A DNA stretch of 64,000 bases, taken from Adineta vaga. Its lineage: Eukaryota; Animalia; Rotifera. The stretch's first letter is position 1, and every line of letters starts with the position of its first letter. Made by a program: the position numbers and the translations under genes. Location of the stretch: assembly GCA_021613535.1 (NCBI GenBank), contig CP075497.1, forward strand, positions 8,990,001 to 9,054,000, read 5' to 3'. The notes under the pieces are model-generated. The model was not told the origin of the DNA. It was given only the letters and a program-made list of their open reading frames with translations, and ran no database searches. Shown here piece by piece: positions 42,322 to 55,700 of the stretch.

Positions 42322-45125
42322 TCAGATCTTTGTTTGTTCGATGATTTGAGTATTTTTATCTGATTTAGTGTTATAATCTAAACGCCATTGATGATTTTCT
42401 TCATCATAAGTTTCAACGGATTTAAGGAATGTTCGACCATCAAAACCACCAATAACATAAATTTTATCACAACATACTGTAATACCTACGCCAACACGTG
42501 GAATGTTTAATTCATTTCTAATACCATTCACATTTAATAACCATTCATGCGTTATGGGATTGAATATTTCCACGGATGTTAAAGATGCCACACCATTTGA
42601 ACCTCCAACAATAAACATTTTGTTATGATATAAAACTGCACCACAACCACGGCGACTTTCTTTCATTGTTGGTCCCATTGTCCATTGATTCGTTGATAAT
42701 GTTAATATTTCACACGATGCTAAACATCGATTTAATGCTGAACCACCGAATACAAAAATCTTCTCATTAAAATAGACAATACCAGCTTGACTTCGTTCTT
42801 TATTCATTGGTGCTAATGTTGCCCATGTATTATTTTTCGGCTCATAACGATAGCACTCATTCTTACATTTATCACCTTCGATTCCACCAATTAAATATAC
42901 ATAATTATCATCACTGCACATTGCTAAACAGTGAATAAATCTTACAGTTTTGTTTTAATTAAATTTTTCAATGACTTACCACTATGTGCAACAGGTGTAG
43001 AAAGTTCTTTTATCATTGACCATTTATCTTTAGTTTTTAAATTAAAGCATTCACCGGTATTTAATTCTTTCTGTCCATCACTACCACCATAAACATATAT
43101 TTTATGATTAATAATTGTAGCAGAAACACGACCACGACGACTAGTCATTCGAGATGGTAGTAATTTCCATTTATTTTCATTTGGATCAAACTGTTCAATT
43201 GAATCAAGACAATCACCACGATTATATCCACCTTAAACAATTCAATTAATTCAAGTATAAAATAGAGAGAGAACGAGTATGAATACATACCAACAATATA
43301 GATATAATCATCTATTGATGCAGTTCCAAAACAACATCGTGCTGTTAAAAGTGATCCCAAGGCAATATTTTTATCACATGTTAATGTTGGACCAATTGGA
43401 TTGATTTGATTTTCATCTGCCATTCGTTCCAATGGAATGATATTAATTTTATCTGGTGTACTTGGAGTCATTGGTGGTACTGATATATGTATAGAAATAC
43501 TTAACATTTTGCCTTTTATTATTGCAATTGCAATATAACTATGATCTTTAAAAGAAAAGAATATAGAAAAGAGAAGATTCTTGATTTTGATTAACTAACC
43601 ACTTGATTGAGATATATGAATAAGTTTTACTTCAGTTGCATGAGAATTTGTTGAAGTATTTGATGCAAGAGTCGTATTATTCAATTGTGAATTCAATATT
43701 TCAAAAATAGAATTCTCATTTTGTGTACTTGATGATGATGTTGTTGATAAACTACGTTTTGATAATTTATAACTTTGATAATCCTAAAAGAATTAATGAT
43801 TCAATCGAATATAGAACATAAATCGATATTTACTTTAATTATATCAGAAAAATGTATATTCCTATCATCCATATCAGCACAATCATGAAGAGTTGCACCA
43901 TTAAGATAAAGTAAATGCATCTAAACGAAATAGAAAATCATTTCTACATATATATAGATTTCTGAATAAAATATTATTCATATTGATCATACATATTCAC
44001 AAAGTTCTTGAAGATTACTGTTATTATTATTGAGTTGGTCAACAATCCATGTAAGAACTAAATTACATATTGTCTTTGGTTTAATATCGATTGAATCTAA
44101 TTAATTATACAAAATATAGAATTAAATTCCATTAGAATAAGTAGTTATTCTTCTTACCAACAAGTTCCAATTTAATTGTAGATAACATATGAAATTCTCG
44201 AGTTTCAAGAACATCAGTAAACTTTGTTTGAATACATTCAATTGCCTTTTCGCGAAGATCATCATCCATTGCTAATAAACATGTACCTAAAGAAAGAATT
44301 TAGAAAAATCTTTCTCCTCCAAAATGATTTTGTCCAATGCTATGTTCTCAAGTACTCAATTCCTTTTTTTTCTCATGAGAATCAACAATAATCGTAAGAT
44401 CTTAGTAACTTATATTCATATTCTATTATTAAATATAAAAATACAACAAAGATATGTCGAATATATGATTACCCTAGGATAATTCTACGAAACAAAAAAG
44501 AAAACGGCTAGATTCGTCTAAGAATGTAAAAATGTATTGGCAGTCACCTTTAAAAGATTGAATTCGATGAGAACCTTATCTCATAAATCATGACATACTC
44601 AAACAATTGTGTTCGGTGAGTTGATCACTAAAATAGTTTGAACAAGCTTTCATAATTGCTTCAAGACGTAATTGACATGCAGCCAAATAAACTTTTGGAA
44701 CCATCTCTGCTGTGAGCAGAAAACTAAATCAAATCATACATAATGAAAAGAATCATTTATGTCTTTCTAATAACTTACCTTCCTCGATATATAAATTGAA
44801 TAATTAACTTTAAAGGTATATATTCAAGATTATCCATTTGATAATAGATTTGTTTTTTTGTTGATGTATCATTTTCATCATTGAGAAAAAGCTCGAAAAA
44901 ATAATTTGAATGACTGGATAATAAAGCTCGATGTGCAAATAATTCATGACCTTCAACTGTTAAAATCACATCACATAATTGTCGTTCTTTGCGCATTGCA
45001 TCGAGACATTTCAATGTTTGACTGCCATGAGCATTTGAATTTTCATATTTGAGATTTAATTCCGATATTTCATTATCAATTTGCTTATGAGATTCGATAC
45101 AAACGACAGGCATTGTTTCAACCAT
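42322..45125 (-). CDS. BTB-BACK-Kelch protein, IVNS1ABP/KLHL-like
   Basis: BTB LCDVILTVEGHELFAHRALL, long linker, Kelch repeats (GGYNRGDCL, YGGSDG, IGGIEG, FGGSAL, VGGSNG, IGGFDG). Confidence 0.85.
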
Positions 45126-45229
45126 CGAAAAATGATGAGAAGAAAAGTTACTTCCGAATTCTGATTGAATTTGATTAAATTCCAATAGAATAAACAAACA
45201 AATAAATGGATATTAAGCAAACTCTGGAT

Positions 45230-45280
45230 CAACCAATCATTTCATGGAGGATCTAAAAAAGCGCGTTATGGGATTGGTTG
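45230..45280. promoter_or_regulatory. Inverted pair of CCAAT boxes in the Kelch/RPS24 divergent promoter
   Basis: CAACCAATC at 45230-45238 and its exact reverse complement GATTGGTTG at 45272-45280. Confidence 0.5.
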
Positions 45281-45433
45281 CATCTTTTATGTCGATAAAA
45301 TCGTATTCATTTACTTGTTTTAGTAACTTAAGTAATGTTCGGTTGGATTTTCTATTTGAATGAATTTATTTATGAATATATACCTGATGATATATTTGAA
45401 ATTTTTAGATCAGTGTGTGTACCAACATAAATC

Positions 45434-45832
45434 ATGTCGGATTCGTCATTCACTATTCGCACACGTAAATTTAAATCAAATCGACTTTTATGTCGTCGAC
45501 AAATGGTTGTTGATGTTATTCATCCCGATCGTGCATCACTTTCAAAAAAAGAAATCCGTGAAAAAGTAGCTCAACTCTACAAAACAACACCTGATTTGGT
45601 CTTTTGTTTTGGTTTTCATACCAATTTTGGTGGTGGTAAATCAAGCGGATTCGCACTTATCTATGATACACTTGATTTTGCCAAAAAATTCGAACCACGT
45701 TATCGTCTTACACGACAAGGCCTTGCTGAACCAAAGAAAACTGCAAGAAAACAACGTAAAGAACGTAAGAATCGTATGAAGAAAGTACGTGGTACAAAGA
45801 AAGCTGCTGTCAAAGATGCCAAGAAAAAATAA
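45434..45832 (+). CDS. RPS24: 40S ribosomal protein S24 (eS24)
   Basis: [62 protein letters not shown]. Confidence 0.98.
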   Translation: MSDSSFTIRTRKFKSNRLLCRRQMVVDVIHPDRASLSKKEIREKVAQLYKTTPDLVFCFGFHTNFGGGKSSGFALIYDTLDFAKKFEPRYRLTRQGLAEPKKTARKQRKERKNRMKKVRGTKKAAVKDAKKK

Positions 45833-46146
45833 GCAAACAACAACTAAACAAACAATTTTATTGGATGTTTGGAATTGTTTTTGTTTTTTTCTTGTTTATA
45901 TGTATCATCAAATATAAAACAAGATAATAATAAAAAAAGAAGAAGAAAGACAAGTTTTATTTCGATATTGATTTGTATTAAAAATATGGAACTTCAATGA
46001 AATGTTTTGATCATTCTTTCAAAATAATGTTAATCGATCGATTAAAAGTATTTTTTTTTATATTGAAAAACAAAAATAGTGAAATGAACAAGTATCACAA
46101 TTGCATCTGACAGAATAGATTTAACTTTGTAGAAAACAAGAAAATA

Positions 46147-47776
46147 TTACAATAGTTTCCACCATAAAAACAAATAATTATATATCGTTCTTATTAGTGA
46201 TGGAAAATCATTATCCCAACAATCTTTTTTTGGATTATAAAATTCACTGATTTGTATTAATTTTGTTTGAGCTGTTTTCCAATTGAAATTTTCAAGATGA
46301 ACATTTTCTATATTGAAAATTTCACGTATAAGTTCAAGTAAATATATTCTCTGTTGATCATTTTCTTTCATTGTATATAAACGTTGATAATGACCAAGAA
46401 AACAAAGTGTAGAATACATATCATATCGAACTGTCGGTGCATAATCTACTCCTATATCATATAATTGTGTCCATTGAAGATATTTGATAAATTCCATATC
46501 ATTTCGATTCAAACGATGAAGTTCTTGAGCAAGTTGTTCAACTGTTGGATAATTATCAACATGTAGATAAGAATTTGGTACTGCAATACGTTGATATTGT
46601 TTTCTACTTGCACCTAAAACAATTGGAACTGCATGACCATTTAATCCTTGCATCCAATATTTTTCTGTTATATATGTATCACATTTCGAATTTTCAAATG
46701 CTAAATAAAAACGATAATTTGAAAGAGTTTTTTCCATACAATTAGGTGTTCCTTTTTGACACTGTATTGGTACAATATGTGAATTGAATTTTGATGAACA
46801 ATCACCATAGATATCAACATGAATACCAGGTTGTGAACGTAGTTTAGCGACATATTCTTCTCGACGAGAATGACTATTACAATTTGATACAAACCAAACG
46901 ATATAAACTATGTCACGATTGAGTACATGAGGAACGATAGGTTTGAGATATGGTTGAAGAGAATCAATGAATTCAGTTGATAATGGTTGGTTACAAGTAA
47001 ACGGACAAATTTTTAAATAATTTGTTTGGCGATTATCGAATTCTTTCTGAAGAACTGAAGCAAGTGTTTCGAGATATGTTGAATTATTATTATCAAATAG
47101 ATCTGTTTGTGGAAGATGTGTTGAATTAATTATCTGATTAAACGTTCGATTCAATTGATTTGTAATAAGATTTACTATTGAAGGTTTAATACGATAACCC
47201 TATATAAATAAAAGGTTTGAATTTGAATAAATTAGATTTCAAAAAAGAAACAAAACATACTATATATTGAATATGAAGATCAGATTCTGGTTTTAATGTT
47301 GTTGTTAAATTAAACCAATCATCCAATTCTGTTATATTTTTCATTTGAACTCTTCGATAAGAATTTCGTGGAGATTCTTCCGAATGAAATAACCATAATT
47401 GAGATGGATGTTTTTTTCGATACAACTTTTTATCATTGAATAAAGTTGGAAAACGAACAAAATCAAAACTAGTCACAATAACTCCATCTGCATAAGAATA
47501 TTCTTCCGGATCAAGTATATGACAGATTTGCTTTAAATCATTATTAAAAACCTTTAATGTTGAATCCATACGTTTATCGTACATGTATGTATAATGAACA
47601 ACTGATATTTTTTTAAATGAATTCTTTCCAATCGATCGAATACGAGTATTCGGAACATAAGGACGATATGAACCAGTTATCGAATAATAATATGCTAAAG
47701 TACAGAGAATTATAAATAACAAGATAAATAAGATCATTCTGCGACTTGTCCATCGCTTACACCCATACATGACCAT
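46147..47776 (-). CDS. Alpha-1,3-fucosyltransferase (GT10); 2 exons
   Basis: Type II TM anchor, WLFHSEESP, FNLTTTLKPESD, WFVSNC, VDIYGDC, YRFYLAFENSKCDTYITEKYW, VPIVLG. Confidence 0.93.
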
Positions 47777-48192
47777 AGAAGAAAGTCTAAAATAAAGATA
47801 GTATATACACATGTCGGCATGTATTTTTTTATTTGTCTCTATGACAATGTAAAGAAACGAAAGAAACAGTAAAATTATTGGTTCTGTTAGTTTTAACTTT
47901 CTTCTCTTCTTCGGTCGTTACATATAATACCGATGAAGACTAATACTTTATATTCATCATGAAAGAAAGAGCGTTTTATTTATAATTTCATCTGTTACAG
48001 TAGACCAGGTTCACACATTTTCTTTGTATGCTGACAGAAGAACATATCTATTAGCTGATTATGCTTTGCTATCTGATTATCAAATACAGACGTATTTATA
48101 TATTTCTTAATAAAACTGAAGAAGAATATTCTTTTGATTTTGTACTATCTATATGATTTATTTCTAAATAAAAGCAAAAAGAGAGTGAGATT

Positions 48193-50093
48193 TCAAACAA
48201 GACTTTCATGTTGTTTTTCCACTGAGGAGTGTTTTAAACTTGGACGTGGTGCGGGTTTGGGTATTTTATGTGCAGGAGGAGTTTCTTTCGATTTATATGG
48301 TACATAGATTTTCGTTGACTTATTGATTTGTGGTTGGATTAATTTTATAGAAGATTTTGTATGAATGATAGACGAAAAATTGTTCTGATCATCGTAACTT
48401 GGTGGAATACGATCTTGATCACTTGATGGTGAAGATTGTTGATTAGATTTCTTTAAAATTGGCTTAGGAGTAGTTACATCAGACAATAATAATTGATCGG
48501 AAAAGGACGATGATGTGGATGGAGATGCCGTTAATGCTTTTTTACTTGAATCATCTTGTGTTTGCACTGGTGTGTCACCTTGAGAAACAGACGTGACAAA
48601 AACATTAGAGAAACTAAGTGTAGGAGGAGGTTTGATAATAGGTTTTTTAATTGAAACGTTTGATTTGCTATTTGTATCAACAGATGTTGGAGTATCGGAA
48701 CGTCGTTTAATGCTGTTTCGTTCATCGAAAGATTTTTCTGATGAAGAATGTTCGACACCTTAAGAAAATAAAGAAATAGAATCGAATGATTTTTCTTTTG
48801 AATAATTATACCTGAATCTGGATCGACTTCATCCTCTCCAATGGGTTTTCTTCTATTTTTAATATTTGGTAATTTCTTTGGTAAGGGTGGTGGTGGTTGA
48901 TAATTTTGATTAGCAGAAGTAATAATGATTTTTTGTTTCGAATTATATTGTTTAACACGTAAAAGATCAGGTTCACTCTCATCTGTTTCCGTTTTTTCTG
49001 TTTTTTCCGATATCGATGAAAGTTTTCTTAAAGTTTGTTGTTCAAAAGATGGACTTGTCAATGTATTATTTGAAGATAGAATTGGTAATGAAAGAATAGG
49101 AGCTGCATTTTGTACTCGTTTATCTGGTGAATGAGAATCATAATCATTGAGAATAACACGTCGTTTTTCAACAAAATCATTAAAATGATGATTTGTCATG
49201 GAGGGTGAAAGAAGAACTTTCTTTGGAATATTTTCTGTTGATGACGAGTCAAAACTTGATGAATGACGCCATTGAGAAGGATCATTAATTGATTGACGGC
49301 TGTTTTCCAGGTGTTTACGTCGATGTCGTTGATGGACACAAAGAAACGAATAGAAATAGATAACAATAAATAATTTAAGTAAACTAAAGAATAATAAAAT
49401 ATATGCCAATGCATCTATACAATCATCAAGAAAAAGCATTGTACGAGGAAGACATCCAACACTGTACATATTACAACTTAAAGGAACATTATTTTGAAAT
49501 GATAAACGTCCATCAGAGCCACAGCATTGAAATGAACTTTGAAGAATATCTAAAGCTCGACTAGCTCGTTCATCATTTCCCTGCCGATATGTAATTACTA
49601 AATAGAACAAAAGAAAGATTTGAAAGCTACCTTACAATATCGATTTACCTAATTTCGGTAATTGTTCTTGTAATGTTAATCTTGTTTGAAATTTACTTGT
49701 AAATGTAATCATAGATATGATCAATTCTGCAACAAGAACTAGAGCCACCATAGTTACTGATATAAATATAAATACATGTGCTGAATATAAGCCCCAGATT
49801 AAAATCAAACACATGACTATTGTTATAATTGATGATGCAAATAAGCACATAGATAAATATCTTAATATCCATAAATCCTATGGAATAAATAAATTTAATT
49901 ATAGGAATTTCTTTTCTGTATATAAAAAGAAAGAAATATTTACAATATATCCAACATCGGCAAGATTGTATCCTAAACTTTTATATCGATCTTCAAGCAC
50001 TGTCCATAATGCTAATCCTAGTTCAATAAGTCCAAGAGTACATAGAATAACTAAAGCCAAACGACTAAGCAATTGAAACATTGATTTATTCAT
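48193..50093 (-). CDS. Tetraspanin-like protein with very long C-terminal tail; 4 exons
   Basis: Four TM segments; large loop LDILQSSFQCCG...VPLSC....GC; ~360-aa S/P-rich tail ending HESLV*. Confidence 0.8.
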
Positions 50094-51469
50094 GGCTACG
50101 ATTGAACAGTAGTAATATTATAAATGATCTTGAAGAAAAAACATGATCTGAAAAAAAGAGATTATCTTCACATGAATTTTTGTAATCAATTAATTAATCG
50201 TCTTAAATCTCTAATCAATTTCGAATGATGACAAAGCTCGTCTCGTCAATTATTTTTCCAAGGAAAGGAAAAATCACATACATCCCTTGAAAAGAAAATC
50301 TTGTTCATCGACATGTATCATCTGTCGATATGATTATGCGTTAATAGAAAAGAAAAGGAAATGAAGTTGTAGGAAAAGAAAAGAATTGATTTTTTTTCCG
50401 TATTGTCAATAATTGATATGATAATATATGAAAAACGATGAAAAAAGAGGAAAGGAGAAAAAAAAGAATCTGACAGATTCAATAAACTAATGCAATGTTT
50501 GCAATTTTGATGATTAAAAAAGAAATCTCTTCTATGACAAAACAAAACAAATCGACTTGTCTGAAAATATTTTATTATCTATTATAGATGAAAACACATC
50601 TGCTGTAATAAATAAATCATTTACTTCATGATTAGATGTAAATAATATCAGATATTTTTTCTCATGCGATTTCTCACCGTTGCGTCTGTGGAACTGACCA
50701 ATTGATTGGTAGACATTTTGATTTCTTGAATAATAAGAAAAAAACGTTATGTCTTTAATGATTAGGTCAAACGACGAGACAGACAGAAGAAGAAAAAAAA
50801 GAAATATGATTTTTTTTTCATTATGTCCAGACGTGTTGATGACAATGGATGACCTCAACTTACATTGTCATCGATCAAACATCGATTCGGAAACAAAAGA
50901 ATCAACCTTTTTTTTTGTATAGTTAGGTCATTTTTCTTCTTCTTCTCCCTAGTTCATTCGACGAACATGTAAGCAACCTTGTCAAACATGAGAAGGAGAC
51001 TGAGATAGAAAAAATACAACGATAATATCATCTCGTCCTCTAAAAAAAACCGAAGCAATGAAAGCTAGATGTTACATCATCGATATTCTTACCAAACGAA
51101 TTCTCCTATACTTGTTACTTGTCAACGGGCAAGTAAGTTCAATGATTAAAATAGGTATATAATGCACACGACTCTCTAAGTATCATGCATATTTGTCTAC
51201 TCCAATGTTCTCTTTTTCTTCTTTCTTCTCTTCATTCGTGCTCGTGTTTATTTGCCTAGTTCTCTTTCTCTCTCTTCCTCCCTCCCTTTTTTCTCGTACT
51301 TTTCGTTATACCTTTACATACATTGAACAAAATTTACTCGTCCTTTCTTTCGTTCAATCTAACCCTAAAATTGTTCAGACAAATTCTCAAAAAAATCTCC
51401 TTGTCAACATGATAGATATTTCGATCATTATTTTATTTAATCATTCTTTTTTTTTTCGTTCGTTTGTCT

Positions 51470-52570
51470 ATGATGACAATCAATAATCAAGATAACCGTT
51501 GTCTACGTTGTCATATTCGAGAAAAACTTCTTGAAACATTTAAAAAATGTTCATACTGTTCAAAGAAACATTGTCATCAATGTTGGACAGAATTGCAAGC
51601 ATCAGATGAATATAAAAGTTTGATTAACAACACGAATCAAAGAAGAATATGTTCAACATGTATACAAAATTTACTGCAACATATAACAATGAAAAAATCT
51701 CATCAAAAGAATCTGACAGGAGTTGATAATAATGATGACGATTATCAATTAGCATTGGCAATAGCTTTATCACAAAAAGAGGCGGACGAAAAACAAAAAC
51801 AGAAACGAGATGAAATAAAAATCGAAATCAGATCAAATAAAAATGATAATTTATTAGATAAAACGGCGGAAGCAATTGAAAGATTTATGAATCGAGCAAA
51901 AAGTAATTGTAAGTTAATGCCAAATATCATAATATCAAATTAATCTAATGGAAAATTAATAAATATACATAACAAAAGATTTATTCATTCGATCATATCG
52001 GACAGGAAAATAATACGCAAGATCACTAAAACATTTCAATCTTCGAAACTATTTAGATTCTTTTCACTTTTACAAAACCGAAATCTATAAAACGAATGAT
52101 ATTGCCAATTCTTTGTAGATCAACGAAATCGTGATGTTATTGGAGATACTGCATTACTTTCTGCATTTATTTTACTTCAAACATGTGCAACTGAACTTGA
52201 ACAGTTGAAAGATGATCTTGATCATCAACGTCAACATTTTGAAACACTTCAAGAAAAACTAACAACAATACGTGATGCTCGGTAAAATGAAATGAAAATA
52301 TTGTCTGAGAAAAGAATGATTATATAAGTTGTTGATAGTGAAGCATTGAATATTCTTCGTTATGAATACCAGGAAAACAAACGTCACGAACAAAAACATC
52401 TTGAACAACAACGTCGATTGATAATGATGCAAAAAGTTGCTGATCTTCGACAATTTAAACATACACAAATTGCAAATTTTCAACAGAGTTATTTTCATCG
52501 TTTACTTGATGAAGAACAACAGTCAACTGAACGTTTGAAAAAACAAAAAAAAATTTTAAATGAAGAATAA
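51470..52570 (+). CDS. Truncated Hrs/HGS-like protein (degenerate FYVE-like finger, UIM, helical/coiled-coil core); 3 exons
   Basis: Eight-Cys finger, UIM DDDYQLALAIALSQKEA, FMNRAKSN..RNRDVIGD, HFETLQEKLTTIRDAREALNILR, MMQKVADLRQ. Confidence 0.75.
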
Positions 52571-52670
52571 TTTGCATCATAGTGACATCTTTTCTTCTCT
52601 TGCTCCTTTCTCTCAGCTTACTCATCATCTTGTTGGTTGAAAGAGAAAAAAAATAATCGACCGACAGCCT

Positions 52671-52696
52671 TAGCTAGCTAGCTAGTTAGTTAGTTA
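52671..52696. repeat. (TAGC)n(TAGT)n tetranucleotide repeat between the Hrs-like and Rabaptin genes
   Basis: tagctagctagctagttagttagtta. Confidence 0.8.
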
Positions 52697-52722
52697 TTTT
52701 TGTTCTGTAATAAATAATAACA

Positions 52723-55700
52723 ATGACGGAAACTCTTGGTAATGAACTAGCGTTCTTTTTTCTTAGTTAAATATTGATAAAATCATTCTTCTTTTTCTTA
52801 TTAAAATAAAAGATTTTTCTCAACTACCGAATAATATCAAAGATTACATATCAACATTACAAAATGATAATAAACGTCACGTCGATGAAGTACAATTGTT
52901 ACAAACACAATTGAATAATTTGACAGCCGTTGTTGATTTTGCTGATTCAACTAAAATCGCCGAAATAGCAGATCTTAGACAAAAACATCAACAGGAACTT
53001 GCAACGATAAATATTCTTATGGAAGGTTTGTTGTTCTTGAAGATGCAAAGAAAAAAACATGATGGATAAATCTTTTTCTTTTTTTGAAGAAACTATTCGT
53101 GATCGAGTCGGTGATGCACGAGATAAATATGATAGTGAAGTGAATACTCTACGACGAAAATTTGAATTACTTCAACAAGAAAATTATGAATTAAAATCTA
53201 AAGTTGCTGATGACAAGTAGTTCGATTGATTTTCAATGAAAAATCATTATTGATTTTTATTTTTAGAGATAGTGTGTTAGCAACTATATCACGATCATTA
53301 CGTGATAAATTAACATCGAATCAATCAACACTAGCACAAGAAAATGAAAATCTTGAAGAAGACATGAGAAAAGCACAAGAAAGTACTTTAATGTTAAAAT
53401 CAGTAATCATTCCATTAGAATCCGAAATTAATCAATTAAAAATTCAATTAAAAGATGCAAAAGATAAAATTTCTGAGCTTGAAGCATTGGTAAAACTCAA
53501 CATTATCATCAAAGAAGACAATTGAACATCTCTACTTCTTCTTTTTTAGCCGCGTGAAGTTAAAATCTCCTTTCCATCCAATGAACAAGACAATCAACAG
53601 TCTTCTGTAAGTACTCAATTTGTTTTATTCAAAAAAACTTTCAAAGTACAATTCGATTTTATCTTTCAAAAAAATCGTTTGCCATATAATGAATATACCG
53701 ACCATGGTTCCGGTACATAGATTAAACTTGATGCATATTTTGTTCGTAAGATTTCATCATTCCAAAAGAAACTTGTCCAAACAGCAACAAAGATAATCGT
53801 TAAATGAAATGTAAATAATAAAAATCGTCCATTGATATCTAAACGATTTCCTTTAACAAAACGTTGATAAAGCCAAATAATTGTCATGAAAAATGTCGTC
53901 GCAATAAACAATGGTGTTATTTGTCCTTCGGTAACTAAATACCAATAATAGGTCGAATTCAATAAAGCTAATGGCCAAAAGCCTTTTGCATTGGTGCTTT
54001 TCGTTTGGGTTGAAACAAATGTACTATTGAAAAAGAGTAGAAAACAAAGAAAATACGGCAGATACCTAAATTATCTCAATGATAAAAAACAAGATGAAGA
54101 ATACGACAAAATGTTGGACATACCACATATAATGACCTAGTTCTTCATCATAAAAATAGAGTAATTCAAATGAATCAATCAAACTTGGTGGATCAAGTTT
54201 TTGCATAATTGGATTTTCACGTACACTTAAATGTAATTGATAACCATTGAGTACTAAACGATGATTAATTGAATCTCCGACTAAATGAATACTTGCACCC
54301 ATGACAAAAATTGTCATTAAAATTGTAAATAAACTTTGATTAACCTTTCTTGGACTTTTCAATATTAAACTTTGTAAAATAAATGGTGTAACAATATTAT
54401 ATATCATATGAAAATAATCGCCAACACTTGGTAAATTCAATGGAAACCATTCAAGTGGAAATATCAACATAGCAATTGGACGACCAAAATCAAGTATCCA
54501 ATTCTCAATAGCAAATAATAACCAAAGATGCCAATGAAATTTTTCTACATGTTGTGGTGTTCGACGATCAGTCATGATTTTTTTGATATTATATTCAATA
54601 ATGAAAATGAATGATATAGAAGAGAAGATTATGTGGCTTTAGTGTACTTTAATACTCGAATTTACAGAGTGAGAAAAGCAAGCAGCTGTGTACGACCTTG
54701 AAATAAAATAAAATATGATAGACGACTAAAAATAATCGAGAAGAAATCTTTTGTTATTCCTTATCATTTATTTTGTCATAGTTTATCTGGTTGAAATTGA
54801 CATTTTCATGAATTTTATTTCAGGAAGATACATCGTCTGATCAACAATCAACAGCAGATAATACAATTCCATCGTATGAACTAGCAATCGTTCGTCTCAA
54901 TGCTTATTGTTCAAAATTAAAAGATCAAGTTCAAGAATTAACAGTACAATTGGATAAAAGTAATAGAAAACATTCTCTTTTTCATGATTTGATTGATTGA
55001 TTGATATTTTTATAAGGTCAAAGCTCTGAAAAACATGCAAATGATGAACGAGATAAATATGTTCAAATCTATGGACATACTCATGATCGTTTTGTAGCAT
55101 TTGAAAAAAAACAATTACAACAAATGCGTCGATTATTAACCATATTAACATCTGATCAACATAAAATTTTAACTGGTACATTTACTTTTATTTTTCTCTT
55201 TATCTATCGTAGACATTTGTATTTTTAGAAGTTTTTACTTCAAAAGAACCGTCTACAAATCAATTAACAACTGATGAATCACAAGAAGTTAAAAGTACAA
55301 ATAATAATGATGATGATAGAAAACTCTATGTTGCACGTTATCGTAAAACCGAAACCGATTGGGAAGAGTTGCTCTCACAGGTTTGTTCTTCGCCAATGAA
55401 AGTTATAGACAAGAAATGTTCGTCTTTCTTTGCCATGATGATAGTTCGATTGCCCCCATCTTTACTTCTATCTTTTTCTTTCCTTCCTTAACAATACAAA
55501 TCGAAACGATAGATCCTAGAAATCTGTCAGAAATAAAGTCGATGAGTAATAATTACGGTCGAAAAGTAAAATGAAAAGAAAAAAAATAAAGTTTTATTTT
55601 ATAATTTTTCAATGTATTTTTTCTTTAGATTAGTCAAATAATGGATTTATCACAAAAATTTTGCGATAAATGTTCACAACAACGTGATGAAAATAACAAA

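Noticed and set aside
37262-42322. Short F/L/I-rich or K/R/E-rich ORFs (e.g. 37262-37504, 41288-41596, 42050-42322; similarly 28471-28752, 50318-50858, 51193-51486)
   Set aside because: They are translations of T-rich or CT/GA-rich UTR and intergenic sequence, or shadows of real genes.
28931-47949. Exact 17-mer ATGAAGACTAATACTTT at 28931 and 47933
   Set aside because: The flanks do not extend the match. A rough estimate suggests a few such matches are expected by chance in 64 kb of AT-rich DNA, and there is no TIR/TSD structure.
52733-52742. CTCTTGGTAA, resembling the complement of the 3' end of a rotifer spliced leader as I recall it
   Set aside because: Only 10 nt, explained by the Rabaptin exon 1/donor junction; no SL RNA gene context.
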